From assembly GCF_009914755.1 (NCBI RefSeq), contig NC_060925.1: 64,000 bases of DNA. The stretch is one strand, 5' to 3'. The notes beneath the pieces were generated by a model. The model worked only from the letters and a program-made list of their open reading frames with translations, was not told the DNA's origin and searched no databases. Source of the stretch: the human T2T-CHM13v2.0 reference genome, Homo sapiens. Every line of letters starts with the position of its first letter. Position 1 is the first letter of the stretch. Positions 1-13,700 of this stretch are shown here, piece after piece. Made by a program: the position numbers and the translations under genes.

Positions 1-496
1 ATGGAATCATCGAATGGTCTCGATTGGAATCATTACCAAATGGAATCGAATGGAATCACCGAAAAGAATCGAATGGAACAATCATCGAATGGAGTCAAAT
101 GGAATTAACCTAAAATGGAATCGAATGGAATTATCGAATGCACTCGAATGGAATTATCAAATGCATTCGAATAGAATCATCGAATGGACTCGAATGGAAT
201 CATCGAATGGAATGGAATGGAACAGTCAGTGAACTCGAATGGTATCATCATTGAATGGAATCGAATGGAATTATGATCAAATGGAATCGAATGTAATCAT
301 CAACAAATGGAATCAAAAATAACCATCATCAATTGGTATTGAATGGAATTGTCATCAAATGGAATTCAAAGGAATCATCATCAAATGGAACCGAATGCAA
401 TCCTCATTGAATGGAAATGAAAGGGGTCATCATCTAATGGAATCGCATGGAATCATCATCCAATGGAATCGAATGGAATCATCATCAAATGGAATC

Positions 497-507
497 TAAT
501 GGAATCA
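497..507 (+). promoter_or_regulatory. TAATGGAATCA, match to the DUX4 consensus TAAYBBAATCA (representative of site 1 in each monomer)
   Basis: Read directly at 497-507 in ATCTAATGGAATCATTGAACAG and repeated before subunit A in most monomers. DUX4 binding/activation of HSATII is established; occupancy here is not shown. Confidence 0.5.
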
Positions 508-1178
508 TTGAACAGAATTGAATGGAATCGTCATCGAATGAATTGAATGCAATCATCGTATGGTCTCGAATGGAATCATCTTCTAATGGAAAGGAATGGA
601 ATCATCGCATAGAATCGAATGGAATTAACATTGAATGGACTCGAATGGAATCAACATCAAACGGAATCAAGCGGAATTATCGAATGGAATCGAAGAGAAT
701 CATCGAATGTACTCGAATGGAATCTTCTAATGGAATGGATTGGAATAATCCACGGACTCGAATGCAATCATCAACGTATAGAATTGAATGGAATCATTGA
801 ATGGACTCGAATGGAATAATCATTGAACTGAATCGAATGGAATCATCCTCGAATGGAGACGAATGGAAACAACATCAAACGGAAAAAAACGGATTATCGA
901 ATGGAATCGAAGAGAATCATCGAATGGACCCGAATGGAATCATCTAATGGAATGGAATGTAATAATCCATGGACTCTAATGCAATCATCATCAAATGGAA
1001 TCGAATGGAATCATCGAATGGACTCGAATGGAATAATCATTGAACGGAATCAAAAGGAATCATCATCGGATGGAAATGAATGGAATCATCATCGAATGGA
1101 ATCGAATAGAATTATGGAATGAAATCCAGTGTGATCATCATCGAATGGACCCGAATGGAATCATCATCCAACGGAAGC

Positions 1179-1189
1179 TAATGGAATCA
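1179..1189 (+). promoter_or_regulatory. TAATGGAATCA, DUX4-consensus match (representative of site 2 in each monomer)
   Basis: Read directly in GGAAGCTAATGGAATCAACATC, 64 bp upstream of the monomer anchor and present in nearly all monomers. Confidence 0.5.
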
Positions 1190-4100
1190 ACATCGAATGA
1201 ATCGAATGGAAACACCATCGAATTGAAACGAATGGAATTATCATGAAATTGAAATGGATGGACTCATCATCGAATGGATTCGAATGGAATCATCGAATAA
1301 AATTGATTGAAATCATCATCCAATGGAATCGAATTGTATCATTGAATGGAATCGAATGGAATCATCATCAGATGGAAATGAATGGAATCGTCATAGAATG
1401 GAATCGAATGGATTCATTGAATGGAATCAGATGGAATCATCGAATGGACTGGAATGGAATCATTGAATGGACTCGAAAGGGATCATGATTGAATGGAATT
1501 GAATGGAATCATCGAATGGTCTCGATTGGAATCATTATCAAATGGAATCGAATGGAATCACCGAATAGAATCGAATGGAACAATCATCGAATGGACTCAA
1601 ATGGAATTATCCTCAAAGGAATCGAATGGAATTATGGAATGCAATCGAATGGAATTATCGAATGCAATCGAATAGAATCATCGAATGGACTCGAATGGAA
1701 TCATCGAATGGAGTGGAATGGAACAGTCAGTGAACTCGAATGGAATCATCATTGAATGGACACGAATGGAATCATCGAGTGGAATCGAATGAAATTATGA
1801 TCAAATGGAATCGAATGTAATCATCATCAAATGGAATCAAAAGTAACCATCATCAATTGCTATTGAATGGAATTGTCATCAAATGGAATTCAAAGGAATC
1901 ATCATCAAATGGAACCGAATGGAATCCTCATTGAATGGAAATGAAAGGGGTCATCATCTAATGGAATCGCATGGAATCATCATCAAATGGAATCGAATGG
2001 AATCATCATCAAATGGAATCTAATGGAATCATGGAACAGAATTGAATGGAATCGTCATGGAATGAATTGAATGCAATCATCGAATGGTCTCGAATGGAAT
2101 CATCTTCTAATGGAAAGGAATGGAATCATCGCATAGAATGGAATGGAATTAACATTGAATGGACTCGAATGGAATCAACATCAAACGGAATCAAGCGGAA
2201 TTATCGAATGGAATCGAAGAGAACCATCGAATGGACTCGAATGGAATCATCTAATGGAATGGAATGGAATAATCCACGGACTCGAATGCAATCATCATCG
2301 TATAGAATCGAATGGAATCATCGAATGGACTCGAATGGAATAATCATTGAACGGAAACGAATGGAATCATCATCGGATGGAAACGAATGGAATCATCATC
2401 GAATGGAAATGAAAGGGGTCATCATCTAATGGAATTGCATGGAATCATCATCAAATGGAATCGAATGGAATCAACATCAAATGGAATCAAATGGAATCAT
2501 TGAATGGAATTGAATGGAATCGTCATCGAATGAATTGAATGCAATCATCCAATGGTCTCGAATGGAATCATCTTCAAATGGAATGGAATGGAATCATCGC
2601 ATAGAATCGAATGGAATTATCATCGAATGGAATCGAATGGAATCAACATCAAACGGAAAAAAACGGAATTATCGAATGGAATCGAAGAGAATCATCGAAT
2701 GGACCCGAATGGAATCATCTAATGGAATGGAATGGAATAATCTATGGACTCGAATGCAATCATCATCGAATGGAATCGAATGGAATCATCGAATGGACTC
2801 GAATGGAATAATCATTGAACGGAATCGAATGGAATCATCATCGGATGGAAATGAATGGAATCATCATCGAATGGAATCGAATAGAATTATGGAATGAAAT
2901 CCAGTGTGATCATCATCGAATGGACCCGAATGGAATCATCATCCAACGGAAGCTAATGGAATCAACATCGAATGAATCGAATGGAAACACCATCGAATTG
3001 AAACGAATGGAATTATCATGAAATTGAAATGGATGGACTCATCATCGAATGGATTCGAATGGAATCATCGAATGAAATTGATTGAAATCATCATCAAATG
3101 GAATCGAATGGTATCATTGAATGGAATCGAATGGAATCATCATCAGATGGAAAAGAATGGAATCGTCATAGAATGGAATCGAATGGATTCATTGAATGGA
3201 ATCAGATGGAATCATCGAATGGACTGGAATGGAATCATTGAATGGACTCAAAAGGGATCATTATTGAATGGAATTGAATGGAATCATCGAATGGTCTCGA
3301 TTGGAATCATTATCAAATGGAATCGAATGGAATCACCGAATAGAATCGAATGGAACAATCATCGAATGGACTCAAATGGAATTATCCTCAAATGGAATCG
3401 AATGGAATTATCGAATGCAATCGAATGGAATTATCGAATGCAATCGAATAGAATCATCGAATGGACTCGAATGGAATCATCGAATGGAATGGAATGGAAC
3501 AGTCAATGAACTCGAATGGAATCATCATTGAATGGAATCGAATGGAATCATCGAGTGGAATCGAATGGAATTATGATCAAATGGAATCGAATGTAATCAT
3601 CATCAAATGGAATCAAAAATAACCATCATCAATTGGTATTGAATGGAATTGTCATCAAATGGAATTCAAAGGAATCATCATCAAATGGAACGGAATGGAA
3701 TCCTCATTGAATGGAAATGAAAGGGGTCATCATCTAATGGAATCACATGGAATCATCATCAAATGGAATCGAATGGAATCATCATCAAATGGAATCTAAT
3801 GGAATCATTGAACAGAATTGAATGGAATCGTCATCGAATGAATTGAATACAATCATCGAATGGTCTCGAATGCAATCATCTTCTAATGGAAAGGAATGGA
3901 ATCATCGCATAGAATCGAATGGAATTAACATTGAATGGACTCGAATGGAATCAACATCAAACGGAATCAAGCGGAATTATCGAATGTAATCGAAGAGAAC
4001 CATCGAATGGACTCGAATGGAATCATCTAATGGAATGGAATGGAATAATCCACGTACTCGAATGCAATCATCATCGTATAGAATCGAATGGAATCATTGA

Positions 4101-4783
4101 ATGGACTCGAATGGAATAATCATTGAACGGAATCGAATGGAATCATCATCGGATGGAAACGAATGGAATTATCATCGAATGGAAATGAAAGGAGTCATCA
4201 TCTAAGGGAATCGCATGGAATCATCATAAAATGGAATCGAATGGAATCAACATCAAATGGAATCAAATGGAATCATTGAACGGAATTGAATGGAATCGTC
4301 ATCGAATGAATTGAATGCAATCATCGAATGGTCTCGAATGGAATCATCTTCAAATGGAATGGAATGGAATCATCGCATAGAATCGAATGGAATTATCATC
4401 AAATGGTATCAACATCAAACGGAAAAAAACGGAATTATCGAATGGAATCGAAGAGAATCATCGAACGGACCCGAATGGAATCATCTAATGGAATGGAATG
4501 GAATAATCCATGGACTCGAATGCAATCATCATCGAATGGAATCGAGTGGAATCATCGAATGGACTCGAATGGAATAATCATTGAACGGAATCGAATGGAA
4601 TCATCATCGGATGGAAATGAATGGAATCATCATCGAATGGAATCGAATAGAATTATGGAATGAAATCCAGTGTGATCATCATCGAATGGACCCGAATGGA
4701 ATCATCATCCAACGGAAGCTAATGGAATCAACATCGAATGAATCGAATGGAAACACCATCGAATTGAAACGAATGGAATTATC

Positions 4784-7700
4784 ATGAAATTGAAATGGAT
4801 GGACTCATCATCGAATGGATTCGAATGGAATCATCGAATAAAATTGATTGAAATCATCATCAAATGGAATCGAATGGTATCATTGAATGGAATCGAATGG
4901 AATCATCATCAGATGGAAATGAATGGAATCGTCATAGAATGGAATCGAATGGATTCATTGAATGGAATCAGATGGAATCATCGAATGGACTGGAATGGAA
5001 TCATTGAATGGACTCGAAAGGGATCATTATTGAATGGAATTGAATGGAATCATCGAATTGTCTCGATTGGAATCATTATCAAATGGAATCGAATGGAATC
5101 ACCGAATAGAATCGAATGGAACAATCATCGAATGGAGTCAAATGGAATTATCCTCAAATGGAATCGAATGGAATTATCGAATGCAATCGAATGGAATTAT
5201 CGAATGCAATCGAATAGAATCATCGAATGGGCTCGAATGGAATCATCGAATGGAATGGAATGGAATAGTCAATGAACTCGAATGGAATCATCATTGAATG
5301 GAATCGAATGCAATCATCGAGTGGAATCGAATGGAATTATGATCAAATGCAATCGAATGTAATCATCATCAAATGGAATCAAAAATAACCATCATCAATT
5401 GGTATTGAATGGAATTGTCATCAAATGGAATTCAAAGGAATCATCATCAAATGGAACCGAATGGAATCCTCATTGAATGGAAATGAAAGGGGTCATCATC
5501 TAATGGAATCGCATGGAATCATCATCAAATGGAATCGAATGGAATCATCATCAAATGGAATCTAATGGAATCATTGAACAGAATTGAATGGAATCGTCAT
5601 CGAATGAATTGAATGCAATCATCGAATGGTCTCGAATGGAATCATCTTCTAATGGAAAGGAATGGAATCATCGCATAGGATCGAATGCAATTATCATCGA
5701 ATGGAATCGAATGGTATCAACACCAAACGGAAAAAAACGGAATTATCGAATGGAATCGAAGAGAATCTTCGAACGGACCCGAATGGAATCATCTAATGGA
5801 ATGGAATGGAATAATCCATGGACTCGAATACAATCATCATCGAATGGAATCAAATGGAATCATCGAATGGACTCGAATGGAATAATCATTGAAAGGAATC
5901 GAATGGAATCATCATCGGATGGAAACGAATGGAATCATCATCGAATGGAAATGAAAGGAGTCATCATCTAATGGAATTGCATGGAATCATCATAAAATGG
6001 AATCGAATGGAATCAACATCAAATGGAATCAAATGGAATCATTGAACGGAATTGAATGAAATCATCATCGAATGAATTGAATGCAATCATCGAATGGTCT
6101 CGAATGGAATCATCTTCAAATGGAATGGAATGGAATCATCGCATAGAATCGAATGGAATTATCATCGAATGGAATCGAATGGTATCAACATCAAACGGAA
6201 AAAAACGGAATTATCGAATGGAATCGAAGAGAATCATCGAACGGACCCGAATGGAATCATCTAATGGAATGGAATGGAATAATCCATGGACTCGAATGCA
6301 ATCATCATCGAATGGAATCGAAAGGAATCATCGAATGGACTCAAATGGAATAATCATTGAACGGAATCGAATGGAATCATCATCGGATGGAAATGAATGG
6401 AATCATCATTGAATGGAATCGAATAGAATTATGGAATGAAATCCAGTGTGATCATCATCGAATGGACCCGAATTGAATCATCATCCAACGGAAGCTAATG
6501 GAATCAACATCGAATGAATCGAATGGAAACACCATCGAATTGAAACGAATGGAATTATCATGAAATTGAAATGGATGGACTCATCATCGAATGGATTCGA
6601 ATGGAATCATCGAATAAAATTGATTGAAATCATCATCAAATGGAATCGAATGGTATCATTGAATGGAATCGAATGGAATCATCATCAGATGGAAATGAAT
6701 GGAATCGACATAGAATGGAATCGAATGTATTCATTGAATGGAATCAGATGGAATCATCGAATGGACTGGAATGGAATCATTGAATGTACTCGAAAGGGAT
6801 CATGATTGAATGGAATTGAATGGAATCATCGAATGGTCTCGATTGGAATCATTATCAAATGGAATCGAATGGAATCACCGAATAGAATCGAATGGAACAG
6901 TCATCGCATGGACTCAAATGGAATTATCCTCAAATGGAATCGAATGGAATTATCGAATGCAATCGAATGGAATTATCGAATGCAATCGAATAGAATCATC
7001 GAATGGACTCGAATGGAATCATCGAATGGAATGGAATGGAACAGTCAATGAACTCGAATGGAATCATCATTGAATGGAATCGAATGGAATCATCGAGTGG
7101 AATCGAATGGAATTATGATCAAATGGAATCGAATGTAATCATCATCAAATGGAATCAAAGATAACCATCATCAATTGGTATTGAATGGAATTGTCATCAA
7201 ATGGAATTCAAAGGAGTCATCACCAAATGGAATCGAAAGGAATCCTCACTGAATGGAAATGAAAGGGGTCATCATCTAATGGAATCGCATGGAATCATCA
7301 TCAAATGGAATCGAATGGAATCATCATCAGATGGAATCTAATGGAATCATTGAACAGAATTGAATGGAATCGTCATCGAATGAATTGAATGCAATCATCG
7401 AATGGTCTCGAATGGAATCATCTTCTAATGGAAAGGAATGGAATCATCGCATAGAATCGAATGGAATTAACATTGAATGAACTCGAATGGAATCAACGTC
7501 AAACGGAATCAAGCGGAATTATCGAATGGAATCGAAGAGAATCATCGAATGGACTCGAATGGAATCATCTAATGGAATGGAATGGAATAATCCACGGACT
7601 CGAATGCAACCACCATCGTATAGAATCGAATGGAAACATCGAATGGAAACATCGAATGGACTCGAATGGAATAATCATTGAACGGAATCGAATGGAATCA

Positions 7701-10700
7701 TCATCGGATGGAAACGAATGGAATCATCATCGAATGGAAATGAAAGGAATCATCTAATGGAATTGCATGGAATCATCATCAAATGGAATCGAATGGAATC
7801 AACATCAAATGGAATCAAATGGAATCATTGAACGGAATTGAATGGAATCGTCATCGAATGAATTGAATGCAATCATCGAATGGTCTCGAATGGAATCATC
7901 TTCAAATGGAATGGAATGGAATCATCGCATAGAATCGAATGGAATTATCATCGAATGGAATCGAAAGGTATCAACATCAAACGGAAAAAAACGGAATTAT
8001 CGAATGGAATCGAAGAGAATCATCGAACGGACTCGAATGGAATCATCTAATGGAAAGGAATGGAATAATCCATGGACTCGAATCCAATCATCATCGAATG
8101 GAATCGAATGGAATCATTGAAAGGACTCTAATGGAATAATCATTGAAGGGAATCGAATGGAATCATCATCGAATGGAAACTAATGGAATCATAATCGAAT
8201 GGAAATGAAAGGAGTCATCATCTAATGGAATTGCATGGAATCATCATAAAATGGAATCGAATGGAATCAACATCAAATGGAATGAAATGGAATCATTGAA
8301 CGGAATTGAATGGAATCTTCATCGAATGAAGTGAATGCAATCATCGAATGGTCTCGAATGGAATCATCTTCAAATGGAATGGAATGGAATCATCGCATAG
8401 AATCGAATGGAATTATCATCAAATGGTATCAACATCAAACGGAAAAAAACGGAATTATCGAATGGAATCGAAGAGAATCATCGAACGGACCCGAATGGAA
8501 TCATCTAATGGAATGGAATGGAATAATCCATGGACTCGAATGCAATCATCATCGAATGGAATCGAGTGGAATCATCGAATGGACTCGAATGGAATAATCA
8601 TTGAACGGAATCGAATGGAATCATCATCGGATGGAAATGAATGGAATCATCATCGAATGGAATCGAATAGAATTATGGAATGAAATCCAGTGTGATCATC
8701 ATCGAATGGACCCGAATGGAATCATCATCCAACGGAAGCTAATGGAATCAACATCGAATGAATCGAATGGAAACACCATCGAATTGAAACGAATGGAATT
8801 ATCATGAAATTGAAATGGATGGACTCATCATCGAATGGATTCGAATGGAATCATCGAATAAAATTGATTGAAATCATCATCAAATGGAATCGAATGGTAT
8901 CATTGAATGGAATCGAATGGAATCATCATCAGATGGAAATGAATGGAATCGTCATAGAATGGAATCGAATGGATTCATTGAATGGAATCAGATGGAATCA
9001 TCGAATGGACTGGAATGGAATCATTGAATGGACTCGAAAGAGATCATTATTGAATGGAATTCAATGGAATCATCGAATGGTCTCGATTGGAATCATTACC
9101 AAATGGAATCGAATGGAATCACCGAAAAGAATCGAATGGAACAATCATCGAATGGAGTCAAATGGAATTAACCTAAAATGGAATCGAATGGAATTATCGA
9201 ATGCACTCGAATGGAATTATCAAATGCATTCGAATAGAATCATCGAATGGACTCGAATGGAATCATCGAATGGAATGGAATGGAACAGTCAATGAACTCG
9301 AATGGTATCATCATTGAATGGAATCGAATGGAATTATGATCAAATGGAATCGAATGTAATCATCAACAAATGGAATCAAAAATAACCATCATCAATTGGT
9401 ATTGAATGGAATTGTCATCAAATGGAATTCAAAGGAATCATCATCAAATGGAACCGAATGGAATCCTCATTGAATGGAAATGAAAGGGGTCATCATCTAA
9501 TGGAATCGCATGGAATCATCATCCAATGGAATCGAATGGAATCATCATCAAATGGAATCTAATGGAATCATTGAACAGAATTGAATGGAATCGTCATCGA
9601 ATGAATTGAATGTAATCATCGTATGGTCTCGAATGGAATCATCTTCTAATGGAAAGGAATGGAATCATCGCATAGAATCGAATGGAATTAACATTGAATG
9701 GAATCGAATGGTATCAACACCAAACGGAAAAAAACGGAATTATCGAATGGAATCGAAGAGAATCTTCGAACGGACCCGAATGGAATCATCTAATGGAATG
9801 GAATGGAATAATCCATGGACTCGAATTCAATCATCATCGAATGGAATCAAATGGAATCATCGAATGGACTCGAAAGGAATAATAATTGAACGGAATCGAA
9901 TGGAATCATCATCGGATGGAAACGAATGGAATCATCATCGAATGGAAATGAAAGGAGTCATCATCTAATGGAATTGCATGGAATCATCATAAAATGGAAT
10001 CGAATGGAATCAACATCAAATGGAATCAAATGGAATCATTGAACGGAATTGAATGAAATCATCATCGAATGAATTGAATGCAATCATCGAATGGTCTCGA
10101 ATGGAATCATCTTCAAATGGAATGGAATGGAATCATCGCATAGAATCGAATGGAATTATCATCGAATGGAATCGAATGGTATCAACATCAAACGGAAAAA
10201 AACGGAATTATCGAATGGAATCGAAGAAAATCATCGAACGGACCCGAATGGAATCATCTAATGGAATGGAATGGAATAATCCATGGACTCGAATGCAATC
10301 ATCATCGAATGGAATCGAATGGAATCATCGAATGGACTCAAATGGAATAATCATTGAACGGAATCGAATGGAATCATCATCAGATGGAAATGAATGGAAT
10401 CATCATTGAATGGAATCGAATAGAATTATGGAATGAAATCCAGTGTGATCATCATCGAATGGACCCGAATTGAATCATCATCCAACGGAAGCTAATGGAA
10501 TCAACATCGAATGAATCGAATGGAAACACCATCGAATTGAAACGAATGGAATTATCATGAAATTGAAATGGATGGACTCATCATCGAATGGATTCGAATG
10601 GAATCATCGAATAAAATTGATTGAAATCATCATCAAATGGAATCGAATGGTAGCATTGAATGGAATCGAATGGAATCATCATCAGATGGAAATGAATGGA

Positions 10701-13700
10701 ATCGACATAGAATGGAATCGAATGGATTCATTGAATGGAATCAGATGGAATCATCGAATGGACTGGAATGGAATCATTGAATGTACTCGAAAGGGATCAT
10801 TATTGAATGGAATTGAATGGAATCATCGAATGGTCTCGATTGGAATCATTATCAAATGGAATCGAATGGAATCACCGAATAGAATCGAATGGAACAGTCA
10901 TCGCATGGACTCAAATGGAATTATCCTCAAATGGAATCGAATGGAATTATCGAATGCAATCGAATGGAATTATCGAATGCAATCGAATAGAATCATCGAA
11001 TGGACTCGAATGGAATCATCGAATGGAATGGAATGGAACAGTCAATGAACTCGAATGGAATCATCATTGAATGGAATCGAATGGAATCATCGAGTGGAAT
11101 CGAATGGAATTATGATCAAATGGAATCGAATGTAATCATCATCAAATGGAATCAAAAATAACCATCATCAATTGGTATTGAATGGAATTGTCATCAAATG
11201 GAATTCAAAGGAATCATCATCAAATGGAACCGAATGCAATCCTCATTGAATGGAAATGAAAGGGGTCATCATCTAATGGAATCCCATGGAATCATCATCA
11301 AATGGAATCGAATGGAATCATCATCAAATGGAATCTAATGGAATCCTTGAACAGAATTGAATGGAATCGTCATCAAATGAATTGAATGCAATCATCGAAT
11401 GGTCTCGAATGCAATCATCTTCTAATGGAAAGGAATGGAATCATCGCATAGAATCGAATGGAATTAACATTGAATGGACTCGAATGGAATCAACATCAAA
11501 CGGAATCAAGCGGAATTATCGAATGTATTCGAAGAGAACCATCGAATGGACTCGAATGGAATCATCTAATGGAATGGAATGGAATAATCACCGGACTCGA
11601 ATGCAATCATCATCGTATAGAATCGAATGGAATCATTGAATGGACTCGAATGGAATAATCATTGAACGGAATCGAATGGAATCATCATCGGATGGAAACG
11701 AATGGAATTATCATCGAATGGAAATGAAAGGAGTCATCATCTAAGGGAATCGCATGGAATCATCATAAAATGGAATAGAATGGAATCAACATCAAATGGA
11801 ATCAAATGGAATCATTGAACGGAATTGAATGGAATCGTCATCGAATGAATTGAATGCAATCATCGAATGGTCTCGAATGGAATCATCTTCAAATGGAATG
11901 GAATGGAATCATCGCATAGAATCGAATGGAATTATCATCGAATGGAATCGAAAGGTATCAACATCAAACGGAAAAAAACGGAATTATCGAATGGAATCGA
12001 AGAGAATCATCGAACGGACCCGAATGGAATCATCTAATGGAAAGGAATGGAATAATCCATGGACTCGAATCCAATCATCATCGAATGGAATCGAATGGAA
12101 TCATTGAAAGGACTCTAATGGAATAATCATTGAACGGAATCGAATGGAATCATCATCGAATGGAAACTAATGGAATCATCATCGAATGGAAATGAAAGGA
12201 GTCATCATCTAATGGAATTGCATGGAATCATCATAAAATGGAATCGAATGGAATCAACATCAAATGGAATGAAATGGAATCATTGAACGGAATTGAATGG
12301 AATCTTCATCGAATGAATTGAATGCAATCATCGAATGGTCTCGAATGGAATCATCTTCAAATGGAATGGAATGGAATCATCGCATAGAATCGAATGGAAT
12401 TATCATCAAATGGTATCAACATCAAACGGAAAAAAACGGAATTATCGAATGGAATCGAAGAGAATCATCGAACGGACCTGAATGGAATCATCTAATGGAA
12501 TGGAATGGAATAATCCATGGACTCGAATGCAATCATCATCGAATGGAATCGAGTGGAATCATCGAATGGACTCGAATGGAATAATCATTGAACGGAATCG
12601 AATGGAATCATCATCGGATGGAAATGAATGGAATCATCATCGGATGGAAATGAATGGAATCATCATCGAATGGAATCGAATAGAATTATGGAATGAAATC
12701 CAGTGTGATCATCATCGAATGGACCCGAATGGAATCATCATCCAACGGAAGCTAATGGAATCAACATCGAATAAATCGAATGGAAACACCATCGAATTGA
12801 AACGAATGGAATTATCATGAAATTGAAATGGATGGACTCATCATCGAATGGATTCGAATGGAATCATCGTATAAAATTGATTGAAATCATCATCCAATGG
12901 TATCGAATGGTATCATTGAATGGAATCGAATGGAATCATCATCAGATGGAAATGAATGGAATCGTCATAGAATGGAATCGAATGGATTCATTGAATGGAA
13001 TCAGATGGAATCATCGAATGGACTGGAATGGAATCATTGAATGGACTCGAAAGGGATCATTATTGAATGGAATTGAATGGAATCATCGAATGGTCTCGAT
13101 TGGAATCATTATCAAATGGAATCGAATGGAATCACCGAATAGAATCGAATGGAATAATCATCGAATGGAGTCAAATGGAATTATCCTCAAATGGAATCGA
13201 ATGGAATTATCGAATGCAATCGAATGGAATTATCGAATGCAATCGAATAGAATCATCGAATGGGCTCGAATGGAATCATCGAATGGAATGGAATGGAACA
13301 GTCAATGAACTCGAATGGAATCATCATTGAATGGAATCGAATGCAATCATCGAGTGGAATCGAATGGAATTATGATCAAATGCAATCGAATGTAATCATC
13401 ATCAAATGGAATCAAAAATAACCATCATCAATTGGTATTGAATGGAATTGTCATCAAATGGAATTCAAAGGAATCATCATCAAATGGAACCGAATGGAAT
13501 CCTCATTGAATGGAAATGAAAGGGGTCATCATCTAATGGAATCGCATGGAATCATCATCAAATGGAATCGAATGGAATCATCATCAAATGGAATCTAGTG
13601 GAATCATTGAACAGAATTGAATGGAATCGTCATCGAATGAATTGAATGCAATCATCGAATGGTCTCGAATGGAATCATCTTCTAATGGAAAGGAATGGAA

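Noticed and set aside
6560-8803. Apparent length compensation (+13, -3, -10 giving exactly 1776+468; also +1/-1 at ~35,300/35,713)
   Set aside because: The -10 allele also occurs without the +10 (1766- and 2260-bp monomers) and many other lengths are tolerated, so coincidence is sufficient.
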